Both the position numbers and the translations under genes were made by a program. 64,000 bases of DNA from Zygnema circumcarinatum SAG 698-1b (taxonomy: Eukaryota; Plantae; Zygnematophyceae). Below, piece by piece: positions 48,033-60,571 of the stretch; position 1 is the first letter of the stretch, and each line of letters opens with the position of its first letter. The DNA lies in NCBI GenBank assembly GCA_037447605.1, contig CM074810.1, positions 3,878,880 to 3,942,879 of the forward strand. Reading direction: 5' to 3'. The notes under the pieces were generated by a model. The model ran no database searches. It worked only from the letters and a program-made list of their open reading frames with translations, and had not been told where the DNA came from.

Positions 48033-50875
48033 TCAGAGAGCGAGCGTGGATCGCAGCATGAGTGCGTGGTAGGAAGACTTCCCGCTTGCAGCCATCACTA
48101 TTCCCGGCTGCAAGCTGAGGCCCCTTCCGCAACGCAGCCGCACAAACCCCTCCATCTGCAAGGGTGGCGAGGCGCCCGAGTGGCTCCCTGCATATCCTTG
48201 TGAGAACGCTTCAGGCAGTCCGGAGCCCAGACTGAGCCCCCAGCCCACTGCCCCTCGCCCCTTGGTGGGTGTATGGGCGAGCGAGAGCGCCCACAGCATG
48301 CGGTGCCGCTCGTCCTCCGCGAGCCAGTCCGCCTGGTCCGCCTGCGCCCACGCGGCCAGGGTGGTGCTGGGACCCAGCCCCAGGGCGCCGGAGACGGATA
48401 GCGACTGCAGGGCCATTCCGATAGAAGGGCGTGGAGGCTCCCACAGCGCAGACTCGCTTAGAGGGGGGCTCGCGTTGGTGGCTGCTGGCCTGCTCCCCTT
48501 ACTTTCACCTAGGAACTGCTTTGGCCGCCACTGCAGCTTCGGCAGAACCAGAGGACCCATTTCACTCCAGTGCAGCCCCCCGCTGGAGGGCGCGGGCGGG
48601 GCCGGCCACATGCGGTTCAGCACGGAGAAGGAGAGCAGCAGGCGATCGTGCGGCTGCAGGGCGATCTGGGCCAGAGTGGCTGCACAGAGCCCGCTGTCGT
48701 CGGAATCGGGCAGAATGCGCGGGAGCGGTTGAACTGACGCGCCCCAACCACTGAGGAACTGAGCGCATGTGAGAGTGGCGATGCTGCCTTTCAGAGAAAC
48801 GCCAACTGCTGATCCCTTGGCATTGCCGTGAAGGGGCGCTCCTTCGCTAGCAAAGCGTGTCAGTGCCCGCCCCTGATACAAAAAGGAAAAGCATCAATCA
48901 GACCGAGCAAGGATGCCACCTTTTCAAAACCCCCTGCCCAAGATCATCTACTCCGATGGAAGGTACACAGGTATTGAGAACCTTATAGCAGTCAGGTTTC
49001 CTATAAATCGTACCAGCTACATCTCCCTCCCCCACCCCCCATCCTTTTCCTCCTCCCCACCATTTCCTTCATTATGACGGATGTTTTAGTCAGCATTACC
49101 CCCACTGACGTTGAAGTAACAAGAAAAAATTGTATAGAACGCTGCCTAGAATGGGAATATGGCGACAATATAATATATATATTATATTATATATATAATA
49201 TTCGTTCTTTCTGAGCGAAGAGTAGAGCACCTGTAGAGGATTAAGTGTTTCCGCCATGTCCCAACCATGCGCCCCCAAGGGCGCAAACCGTAGTAGCAGC
49301 CCCGGCTGAATGTGCGCTGTGTAGAGCACCTTATGCAGGGTGATCGGGCCTCCAAGCATGATGGGACTGGTGGCTTCACCCAACCCTGCCGTGCATTCGG
49401 TCAACAGCACATCAGCTTCGCGGCATGGGGTTTCAAACCGGAACTTCACTCCCAAACCGGACCTCATGCCTGCTCTCTCCAGAAGAGTTCGCGCCTCCTG
49501 GCTCTGCTCTTCTTCCGCAGGAAGGAATGCAGCGCCGGCATTCACCTCCCCTGTAAGGCGTGTCCGCACTCCGCCCCCTTCTGAGGCTGCAGACGGCCCT
49601 GAACCCAGGCGCCTCAGCCCTGTATGAAGTTCCAATTTATCGACACGTTCCCGCACATTCAGCAAATCTGAGAATGCCTCTCGAACGAGGCGCCGAAGAG
49701 CGCTCACCTGAACCCCCCAAGAAACAGGGAATTTCTTAAGACTTGTTCTCATTAATTTTGCCTCATATGCTCATTTACATGCATTGGCAAGTTCCCAGGA
49801 CACTGGGAACGTACAAATGCTGTGAAAGAGTATGCTTGACCAGCAATAATAAACGGAGTAATAAGGCCGGCCAAATCAGAATTCAACCCTTTCAGTGCAT
49901 GCATCAAACACATTTGCCAAGCCACAGCTCAGATCATACAGAGAGTGACTCCTCTCTTCCCACCTCTGAACGGCGCGCGAACGCCTGCTCATTCGGGCGA
50001 CGGTCGAGCAACTGTATGGCGAGGAGAGCCACCTCGTCAATAAGATTTTGGCGTTCCAACTGTGCGTCCACTTCCTTTTTCTTCTCAGGTGTCATAGCAG
50101 CAGTGTTCCCACGCCGCTGCCCTGTAATGGCGTACATCATCCCTGCCAAAGCGCCAAGAACGTGGTCCACCGGCAGCTTCCTGGGATCGTCACCTGCGTC
50201 ATTTCTGCTTGACCCGAACTCCATTTCTCGTTCGAATGTAGAAGAAGGAGACGCGTCACCCTCGACTTCCTCCTCATTCTTCCCCCCTTCAAGACTCCTT
50301 GCCTTCATGACTGACCTCCCCTTCGGCGACATTGACGCGCTGCCGGGAAAGTCGACAGTCACAGTCGGTACACTTTCGTCCGGTGCTTCCCCTTCCTTTT
50401 CATTTTCACCCTTTGCTATCAGCGCCTTCTCTCTCCCTCCGCCCTCCTGCCCTCCACCCCCTCCGCTGCTGCCTCCCCAATCATTTCCACCGTCGCCAGA
50501 CCCGCCGCCATTTTTCCCATCTCCACCAGTAGCTCCGCCTCCCTCTCCTTTCCCTCCTCCCGCTGAATCTCCATCGAGACTGCTCCCGGATTTGGAAGGA
50601 GTCGATTTTGAGGTTTTCGACCCCTTTGAGGGCGGCGAGCCCCCTTTACGGTTCGCCCGAGGAGCTCTCGGTCTGCGGCTGCCGCCTTCAGCGAGATCTG
50701 CTGTCACCAAGGCGCGGTGGCGAGAGGCGGCACTGCCTCGGCGGCCATGGATGCAAGGGAGCTGGAGCTTGAAACCATCGTTAGGGTTAGGGCTATTGGA
50801 GTTTGGATTGTGAACAGCCTGCTGCAGCGGAAGGGACGAGAGCCATCGCTGCTGAAATGAAGAATACAGCGCCAT
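48033..50875 (-). CDS. Putative plastid-envelope beta-barrel protein related to cyanobacterial SLH/OprB (SomA-type) porins, 3 exons, about 740 aa
   Basis: Exons 50875-49964, 49707-49231 and 48872-48033 join in phase 0 at canonical GT-AG sites. The protein has a transit-peptide-like N-terminus, a poly-Gly segment, a coiled coil LRRLVREAFSDLLNVRERVDKLE, then RTRLTGEV, and C-terminal alternating strands LQMEGFVRLRCGRGLSLQPGIV...LMLRSTLAL*. The gene model is solid; the family assignment is inference. Confidence 0.8.
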
Positions 50876-51143
50876 GGTTCTGTGGGGCCGCGGATGCGTT
50901 ACACACGGGAAGAGTATTAAGGGAGGAAGGATGGCGGCATTGCGAGGAGAGTGGGAGGCAGACGTGGGAAGCGACACCTCCGGGGCCAAGGGATCAGCGA
51001 GGAGGCGGAGCAGGAGGGAAGGGGAGGACGCGAAGGAAAGGAAAGGAGGGAAGGAGGGAAACCGCGCCCGCGCCAGGCGTCACCGTCGGTCACCGCCTCG
51101 ACCGCTACTGCCGCGGAGCCGCGGAGGCGGAGCGCGGTGAGCC

Positions 51144-54100
51144 ATGGCCATGGCGGCCATGGCGGCTGCGGCGGCGCTCGGGGGTGGGAGCGGGGGCGGG
51201 GGCACTGCGCTGGAGGAGGCGACGCCGCGCGGGGGGCGGGACTACGTCTTCATCATCAACCCCGCCAGTGCGCCCGCCTGCCATGGCGCCCACTCTTTTA
51301 TGGCTCTTCGGGTCATGAACTAGGCATTTCTCCATAGCTGTGTGTCAAAAGCTAGCCGTATTTACATTGACGCATACTGTAATTATTTATCAATGCAATG
51401 TATTGTCTCTTACCTTAGAAACTTTGTTGTTGGTTTGTGCTGAGCAATGAGCCACGTTGTAAAGCTCGTTTTTTTTTTGTTTTACTGGAGAGGTTGATAG
51501 CGAAGGATGGCATGTTTACACGCTGTATTTTTCTGTTCAATATTTTTAGATTCTTTTGTCGACATATTTTCACATCTGGCATAAATCAATGCACGCTTCC
51601 GGATATTGAAAAAGTTGTCCTACTTCGCATCTGCGTATGTTGCTGTTGCGGTTATACCTCCCCCCGCACTCTCTCCCTCTCTCTCGTTCTCACTCGTTCT
51701 CTCTCCCTCGACAGGTGCGAATGGTCGGGCTGCACGCCAGTGGAAAAAGATTGTTCCATTGCTGAAGAAGGCTCTGGGAAACGACTGCAATGTGAGATAC
51801 TGTTATTTCCCCCTCGCCGATTGCTCGCTCTGGTTCGTCGTTGTTGTTGTTGTTGACCTTAAAAATCCTCTCTTTACATCCCTGTTTTCGTGATCTTTAG
51901 GGATTCCTACTGATGGGAAACCACCGTCAGTGTTTTGCTTTGGCTAAATTATCAACAGTGATCTTGAGTGCATTTGGAAAATAGAAAACCTGTGAAGCAT
52001 ACATTATATTCAAGACGCACCGTCAGCTTTCGGAGATGCGCAGGTGGTGGAGCAGTTCACTCGGCACGAAAAGGATGCAACGGAAATGGCGCGGAAGGTG
52101 AGCTTCGGTAATCGCACAATATGTGAACCCTAGCAAGTACCAAATGTTAGGATTGGGGAGTTCTCCAAACCAATTTTTGTTGTGAGCACTTTTGCAGAGA
52201 TTCTGTTTCGATTTAGTGCTAAATACCTGCCACTCTTACGAATGCTTGTTTGCACCCATAAGCATCTGAATTCACGCTCATGTTTTGTCAGTTAGAGATT
52301 TTTTAGCAATTGTTGAATTCTCCTGCTAGCAGCTATTGGTGTGGTTTTTACTTGTTGATGGGAAGCCTGCCTCATATTGCAGGCGGTGATGGACCGAGCG
52401 CATGCAGTTGTGGCGGTTGGAGGAGACGGGACCCTAAATCAGGTGCACTGAAGAGCTTGATTGAAGAAAAACATTTCCTGCTTTGTACCTTGAATTTGAG
52501 TTTGTATGAAGTTAGCATTGCCTTTGCTAGAGAGAGTGGCTTGCATGAGCATTGTAAGCCAGCTACACCATGAGAATCTAACGTTCTGGATTAGTTTGGG
52601 TTTCCTGCAGATTGTAAACGGCTTTTTTTTGGATGGCGAGCCTGTGGCGCCTTCTGGGGGCGAAGGAGATGGTGTACGCACGGCCTGTGGGGTGAGCTTC
52701 TAGGAGGCCCGCCAAAAAAAAAAAAAAAAAAAAAAAAAATGGAGAATTTCCCAGTTCTGCTCTCTCATCCTCTTCGGTAATGCTTTCAAACATTGCCATG
52801 CAGTTATGCTGCGATTGTTTGCCTGTTATTACGTCTGAACGGTAGTGCTATGCAAAGTCTGATAAGGCAGTCCAGTGTCAGGCTACTGTGCGAGAGTGCA
52901 TTCAGTATGCTAACATTCCCTTTTTTCTGGGGGCATTGTGGCAGCTCATTCCATTGGGGACCGGCTGCGACTTTCCTCGAACCTTCGGCTGGTGAGTACA
53001 TTTGTTTGTTAGAGTCTGCGGTTTCAAAATCTTTTGGAATTTGGAAGCTAAAGGTGTTTTTGACTCTGGCAGAGAACAAACTTTGGCATGGATGTTTACT
53101 AACCTGAGTATGTTTATAGTCCAGTTTTCTATTTCTGTGGATAGAACCTTATGTTACTTTGCACTCCCAACCCCAGCTGTTTGCGCATGCCTCACTGGAA
53201 GATTGTGATGTCCCTTCCATGTTTTGCTCTGGAAATCAGCGGTGGCTTGTGAACTCTGATGTTGCCCATTCTTCAGGTGCTGGCCAGCATGCCAACAATG
53301 AGCAATGAGCAGAACATCCTCCGACGTGGACTGCCATGGTGTGCAGGAAGAGTAACGACATCAAGGGCGCTGTGGAACGCATCAGCAGAGGTCTGCTGCC
53401 TCACTCGAAAGCCAAACTCTCACGTTCGTGTTACTGTAATCTGAGAATGCTGACGATTATTGCTGACTTTTGACAGCATCATAGGCCTAACCTGTGGTGT
53501 ATCGATTTTACAAAGGTTATGGGAACTGCCGCAGGAACGGGGGGTGAGCAACCGTTCTTGTCGAGGTTTACAGTTCTTGAGCCGTTTTGGATGAACAGGT
53601 TGTATCCCTCTCTGGTCATGGAACTGCAGGAAAGACGAAGCGACTGGACGTGGGAAGGGCTCGTTGCGCTGGCCTGAATGCGGCTCGCATGTTTGTCAAC
53701 GTACTGGACATGCACCTGTGAGCATCACACCACCCAGACATAGGTTCCCTTACTTTTTCCTTCTAGCGTGGGGCGATAGGCATTGGGATGTGTGGTAGGA
53801 GACCAAGACCGGGCTTCTTCATGACAAGGGGAGCCGAATGTATGTCTACATAATTGCACGTCTCTGTAGTTACGAGTGGAGGACGATCTTTTGGAGTTTG
53901 CAGGAGTGCGCGCACTGGCCAGGTGGCCAGTAAGTTCAAATTCCTTGGTCCTCTGTGCTACGTCGTGGGCGCGGTGTTGGCGTTCCTGCAGCACGTCAAC
54001 CGTGACGTCATTCTAAGGGTGCGCTGCCTGCTGCTCTGTTAGCGTTGGTTGCGGGCGAGCCCTCCGCCATGGCTGCCGTTGTGACAGCTCTTGTGGCTGC

Positions 54101-55033
54101 GCTGGGCTGCAGGTGGATGGGGAGCAGGGGGTCCTTGTGAAGGCCATGTCAGCCCTTGTGGTCGCAAACGGTGCCTACTTTGGAGGTGGCATGAAAATTG
54201 CCCCTACTGCAGATCCCTTTTCCGGGAAACTGGATGTGAGGTTCTACATGCCTAGCCGATTCTTGGGCATCATTTGAGGCAAAATCCCCTTTCAAGGAGT
54301 CATTTCCAAAAACAAGCCCCTTCTAACTAGAGCAAGCTAGAGTAGACGACAACTGGATCTGGAAGGGAAGGGTGAAGGGAAGGCGATTGATGAATGCCTC
54401 GATGTGGCGGACACCCTTCATTTTCAGTTTACAAAACTCGTATGCATGCAGTAGGCCCCCGCTTTGACTGCTTCATCGCATGCACCGATGCAGATAGTGA
54501 CCCTCATCGGATTCAAACTCCTCGACTTCATCCTCAAGGGATGGCACCTTTTCGCGGGGAGCCATTATAACCTCAAGGGCGTAACTCACAGAAGGTTGGC
54601 TCCTTCTGCACTATCGTCCCGTCGGTCCTGCAACTGGCAGGGGCCTCCATGGCCATGCATTCGCTTGCTCGAGAGCCTCTGGCCTGCACCATGGTCGTTG
54701 CGGGATGCATAGCAGGAGGTTTACAGCTCGGGAGAGGAAAGGGGGGTTGGGGCTGGGGGACCGAGTAGTGGTCTGAGGATGTGCAAGATTGCACATCCTC
54801 AGACCACTACTCGGTTCAGGGGAACATAACCATGTCCGTCACATTCGGTTCCATGCCCTGCTCACGAGATCCATATTTGGCGATTGCTTTGCCGTGGCAG
54901 AGTGGCGAGGTTGGAGGTGGGAGACCCATCTATGGGGCCATCCACGATAGAGGTGGAGGCCGATGGGGAGTTTTTGGGCCACTTGCCCCTGGCCGTGGAC
55001 GTTCTGCCGGGGGCCGTCGACTTTCTGTGCTAG
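51144..55033 (+). CDS. LCBK2: DAGK-catalytic-domain lipid kinase (YegS/BmrU-like; sphingoid long-chain base kinase 2 type)
   Basis: YVFIINPA|SANGR, AVVAVGGDGTLNQ|IVNGFF, LIPLGTGCDFPRTFG, VANGAYFGGGMKIAPTADPFSGKLD and EADGEFLGHLP..VLPGAVDFLC*. Confidence 0.9.
54760..54815. repeat. Perfect inverted repeat (27-bp arms, 2-nt spacer) in the last LCBK2 intron
   Basis: ACCGAGTAGTGGTCTGAGGATGTGCAA-GA-TTGCACATCCTCAGACCACTACTCGGT. Confidence 0.95.
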
Positions 55034-56124
55034 CCCACTGACAGTAGCGTTAGACTTAGGGAGTTTTTACTGTAAAGCTGGAGCCTAAGGGCGGAAGTTG
55101 GTAGATTTGTGACTTGTTGTTGGTTTGTTCAACTAGCAGCACCTATTGCTCTTATTGTTGGTGTTTGTGGAACACGGCTGTGGAGGCGTGGCTGATGATC
55201 TGGGCCGCAAGGACGAGTTGCTGCCAGTTTTCTAGTCGGTGGTAGCGGCACTCCTTTCTGCCCTCTGCGACGCGTGCAGAAAACAATAAATGAAAAGAAC
55301 TAGTCGTTGTTTCGGTGCTTCTGTGTCTTGGGTGTATGGTTGTGGTCTTTTGCATGTGTCATTGGGTCTCTGCGACAATGCGTCTGTTTGTCTTTGGGTC
55401 TTTGTGTATGGCAGATCCGAGATGCACTGCCGCACTGAAGAAATGCCGCACTGCCGCAGGCGTCCTTTCATTCCTTTGGCGATGGACGCCCTGCTCAGTA
55501 CGGCACTGTGTGCGCACGTCACGTCACGACTGCATCCCGTTCGCGTTCAATCTGACTCGCCGCGCGCTATGGCCGTGGCCGTGGCCGGCTTCCCTTGCTC
55601 TCGACCGGCACGGCTTGCGCCCGGCCATAACCCACCCGCCTTCCTTCGCAGACCTTCCTCCGCGAGTGTCTCTCAGTCCCTGGCTTCCTTGTTTTCATGC
55701 CGATTGTAGTTCGGACTGCTTCTACTAACGGAAACTTTCATTGAACTCGCGATGGTGAGGCCATCAAATGTACATGGACAAAAGCAAAATGTGGAACCAC
55801 GAAGGACTGGTCACAAAGGACCGAAACACAATAACACGAAGCTAGGAGCGGAAAACTACGCCTAGGCACAACAACGCAGCCCTAGAAGCAGCCGCGAAGG
55901 TCACCGATGTGAGGCACATCGCGAGCAGGGAGCGGCGGAAGTCCACCAACACGATCACCAACAACCGCAGCACGCCGAAGAAGCGTAGAAGCGAGGCAAC
56001 GCTGAAGGGCGACGGAAATGCGCTGTCGATAAAAGGTAGCCAAGATCGCCGGAGGAGGGCGATTCCTTCTACTGCTTTAGTTTTCACTCCGTTTAGTTTC
56101 ATGGACCTCCTTTGGTTCAATGCA

Positions 56125-56392
56125 GTCAGTCAGTCAATCAGCCAGTCAATCAATCAGTCAGTCAATCAGTAAGCCAGTCAGTCAGTCAGTCTGGTCCAGC
56201 TCGCTCAGTACCGCGTTGTGGTTCCTTTCTGCTCGCGCCCTCTCCCTACTCCCTAGCACCCACCGACCCCTGCTGCTGCTACTGCCGCCGCCGCCACCGC
56301 CGCCGCCAGTCTGTCTGTCTGTCTGTCTGTCTATTTGTTTTTCTGTCTGTCCATCGGTCGGTCTGTCTGTCCGTCCGTCCGTTCGTCCGTCC
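56125..56392. repeat. (CAGT/CAAT)n and (CTGT/CCGT)n microsatellites
   Basis: Tetranucleotide runs at about 56125-56190 and about 56309-56392. Confidence 0.9.
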
Positions 56393-56634
56393 GAGCGAGA
56401 GGGCTGTCTGCGCCCGCCCGCCCTCGCCGGCCGCCGCGTGGCGCCGTACAGCGCAGTCGACCGTACGAGGGCGTTATCTGCGTGGGATATTTGCACGTAC
56501 GGAGTGTGCCGTATATATGTACGGTTTCGTACAGTCGGGCGGTCCCTCCCTCTCCTAGTCGCCCTCGCGCTCGCCCGAGGGAAGGAAGGAGGCTTCTCAG
56601 CACGCGAGCTCGCACGTGCGCAGATCCCCCGGCC

Positions 56635-59358
56635 ATGGCGCAGGCACACAAGGCGGGCCCGCAGGTCGCACTGCCGCAGGGGAAAGCGGGCACCTCTTCG
56701 GGCGTGCCGGAGGGGCCGGAGAAAGGGAGGAATGGGACTTCTCCCACGCCTCCCCGGCAGGTGAGCACCTTGGAGGAACCCTAAACACTTAGACAAGATA
56801 TTACAAACCGAAGCTCTTCTTGCTGGAATCACATCAGCAATGCCATAATTTCAGCATCTCTGTGGTATCCTTCTTCCGCATGCGTTCAGGGAGTTGTGAG
56901 GAGCTTCAGGCCGCTACGGGAAACGAAAAATCTCTTAATTTTTTTTTGAAAATGAATTGCTATCACTGGTTGCCTTCCATCACGCCGTGTGCATCCACAT
57001 CTGCGTGCGCTAGAAGGTTATGTATCACTATCGCATGAGCTAGGCTACCGTTGCTCGAACGGTAGCCTTGGAAACGTTCAAAGCATGGGTAAACCAAGAT
57101 ATGAATTCTCAATGCTGGAGAAGACTTTCGCAACAGGCTGCTCAGGCTGTCTCTTACTGCAAGCGGCGTGGGGGAGGGCATGCGTGGACTGCGTGGATGT
57201 GTGCGTCAGGCGGCAAGCTCCGGCGCGGGGTCAAGCGGGGGGCAACGGTCGGGGTCCATGGGCGCATCTCAGGGCCTCTCGGCAGCGCCAACCGGGAAGC
57301 AATCTTCAGCTGCGATGTCGCCAGCTAACGCCGCATCACCGCCATCAACGACTGCAGGGAGCCCTCCGGCGGGAGGCACAGGGGCGGCTGGAGCCTCGAG
57401 TCCGACAGCCTCAGCTCCGGCCAGCAGCGCAGCAGCTCCTGGAGAGAGTCGGAAGATTTCGTGTGAAGATATACAATTGGTAGGTTCCGAAACGCTCCTA
57501 TGGAAAGCATAGAGCTTCCGTAATATGTCGCAGCTGGACTAGGTCACCGGTATTTGTAGTTTATCCAACTGTCTCCATTTTCGGTTGTTTCTTTTTTTAG
57601 GTTTTTTATCTGATATGCGCAAGGTTGTAATCGGGTGGGAAAAGACAAGCGCCTGTATTTTGTGAAACTTGAGCGCTCTGATGCATTGTGTACAGTGGCA
57701 ATAAGCCCGGCCGAATGATTGAGGTTTCATAATCCTCCCTATAGTGCTAACGTCACTTCGGAGGACGTTGACCACACTCTCCTTTTGTCCTCTGAAGCAT
57801 GGCATCTAAATCTAAAAAAAATTGGTGAAACGAAAAGGACTATCCCAGATATTTACGCAGAGTTCGTGTAGTGCTGCTTTCAGCCGCTAATGTTGTTGCG
57901 GAGAGGAGGGGAGTGCATCTGTCAACAGGTGCAAAATCTGATTGAGCGGTGTCTCCAGCTGTACATGAACCAGCGTGAGGTTATGACCACACTGCAGCAG
58001 CAGGCACGCATAGAGCCCGGCTTCACAGGCCTTGGTAGGCTGTTTTCTTCCCAATCGTGTGGCTTGTTTAAGGTGAACTCTTGTTTAAGATAGGCCCGGG
58101 TCTTGGAGCTTAAGTTTGTGCAACGGTATCTCGTTTGGGTCATTTTTGCTGTTGCCTTTTGCCTTCTTTGTCTTTGTTCTCTGGAAGTGCTTTGCCTTCT
58201 GCTAGTGATGTATGCTCGCCGTTTTGCATTGCAGTTTGGCAAAAGCTGGAGGAGCAAAACCCCGAATTCTTCAGAGCATACTACACACGCTTAAAAGTGA
58301 AGGAACAGATGCTGCAGTTCAACCACTTACTGGAACAGCATTCCCAGCTCTTGCAGAAGCTCCGCATGGCTCCACCTCCGGGCGGAGGGTCGCAGAAGAT
58401 GATGGCGCCGGCCCCCGGCCTGCCCTCTGCCATGCCTCCACCCGTCCATGGGGCCCCGCTCGGCTACCCCATCCACCGCCCTGCAGGACTCGGCTGCCCG
58501 CCCATGCCCGCCCATGGGGGCATGGGCCGTCACGCGGGGGGCATGACCATGCCTCCCCCACATGGGCCCATGCCATCTCCATATGCGCCGCATGGAGGAG
58601 GTAGAACACGGCCGTAAGTACACTTCACAGCTTCACATTTCATGCGAAATTGAGTTTGGAAGGAGTATGAGATGTACATTGTAGTACATGGAGCTATTCT
58701 GGGTTTGTGAATCATACAATTGGGATGGAGGCAAGTAGGAAATGAGTTCACGAAGGTAGAGCAAGGAGCTTAGTGATCTGGAAACTACGCCTCGGGAACT
58801 TAATCCACGGTTTTCCTGCAATTCTCCAAGTAACTTCCCTCCTTATGATGTTGCTCGGCATCGCAGTGGGCTTATGGACATGCCTGCGATCGGGGTGCCT
58901 TCCACTGGGCTTCCTGCCCACTCTCTTCCGCCGCACTCCCACCCCTCCGCCAACGTCCATGGCAGCCCATCAGAGAACGGCCACCACATGGGCGGAGAAG
59001 CCGCGGGCATGGACGGCGGCGCAGACGAGGCGGGCAGCAGGGGGGGCGGCGGAGGGTCGGGCGGGGAGCTGGGGGGGGGCGGCAGCGCCTTCCCCTTTGC
59101 GAATACGGAGCTCGGGCTCGGACTGGGCCTGGGCCTGCCCTTGGCGCTGGAGGGGCCCCCCTTTGGCGGGGGAGGGGGGGGCGCCATGGGGGGCCTCGGC
59201 CATGAGGCGGACGTGGGCCTCCCCCCGGCAGCTTCCCGGGAGAGTCTGGGCGGGCTCGGGCAGCTTCCACGCAACTTCAGTCTGTCTGATCTCGCGGCGG
59301 AGTTTCCGTCAGGGATTGCCTCTGATGGTGGGCCGCATGCCATTCTCATTGACCTTGT

Positions 59359-59392
<34 letters not shown>

Positions 59393-60056
59393 TAGGAGAT
59401 CGCAGGAAGAGCAGAATGGAGGGTTAGCGGATGAAAGAAACGGCATACTCATATTGTGATGGGTTTCGGTTTGTTGGTTTTTCAAATGTGAAGGGTGAAT
59501 CTGTTAGTTGGTGCTTGAATCACCATAGTTGAGATCTGATAACATGCCCCACACATTCTATTTTCTTGAGAAACGAAAGCTTTTTTAGTGTTAATCTGAT
59601 AGCTACAGAATTCATCGAAAAACCTGTCATCGCGCATTCATCTTCTTGATTCGATGATTGGAATGAGCCTGCTTTCGTACCTCTCGCGCATCTCGTCGTT
59701 TTGTTGCATCCATATATCTCAAACTGTTGAAGGGCGTAGTGAGACCTCTGCGGCGATGAGCCTGCCATTGAAAGTGACTGGTGTGTGGGCGGTGCAGGGG
59801 GCATGATGAGCGCATTAGGGAGCTCCCCGCCGTACATCCCCGGGTACACTGAGGCTTATCTGCGATCTCCAGACAAGGATGGTACGCTGACTTCTGCACT
59901 TCTCAGTTGTGGGCTTCATAGCAGGTTGCTGCTTGGACTTCGTGAAGTCTCTCAAGCTGAGTGAAGGGAGCTAAAGGGAGAACCTGGTGTTGACTTGCAG
60001 AGGACGAAAAGCTGCTGGATCCCATGAACGAGATTGATTTCAGTGACCTTAAATGA
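56635..60056 (+). CDS. Plant-specific TIGR01589 (A_thal_3526) family protein
   Basis: RKISCEDIQL|VQNLIERCLQLYMNQREVMTTLQQQARIEPGFTGL|VWQKLEEQNPEFFRAYYTRLKVKEQMLQFNHLLEQH, a Pro/Met-rich middle, LGQLPRNFSLSDL and a tentative final exon EDEKLLDPMNEIDFSDLK*. Confidence 0.9.
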
Positions 60057-60471
60057 AGATGTTGGGCGTCTGGAAATACTCTGCCGACCTCCCAATGCGT
60101 GCCAACTGTTGGTGCCCTCCTTTGCGGCTGCAGAGCCCTTGAGCCCTTGCCTTTCGGAAGCCCTCAATCGGCAAGGCAGCAGCTTCGTTAAGCCGTCCCT
60201 GCCTCCTAGCCCCGGGCTGCTGCTGGAGGACGGGAACGTGGGAAGATAAGAGTCGGGGCTACAAGCGGCAAGAGCTACGGGCGAGGATGAGGGTCTGGCC
60301 CTTGCAGGCGCTATTCGGCTGCTTGCCGAGGCGGGGCATTGGAGGCAGGTCGTCTCCATGGTCGCAGCCGCTGCTGCTCAGCACAGAGCGAGCGCACGCC
60401 CTTCTGCCCTCACTTTCCAAGGCGGCACCTCAGCCCCGCGGGCGGGCGAGGGGAGTGGCAACAAAGGACGG

Positions 60472-60571
60472 NNNNNNNNNNNNNNNNNNNNNNNNNNNNN
60501 NNNNNNNNNNNNNNNNNNNNNNNNNNNNNNNNNNNNNNNNNNNNNNNNNNNNNNNNNNNNNNNNNNNNNNN
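60472..60571. other. Assembly gap (100 N)
   Basis: Run of N. Confidence 1.

Noticed and set aside
55842-56172. Hydrophobic 92-aa minus-strand ORF and its antisense partner
   Set aside because: No ATG in convincing context, no recognisable family and no splice support; RNA-seq would be needed.
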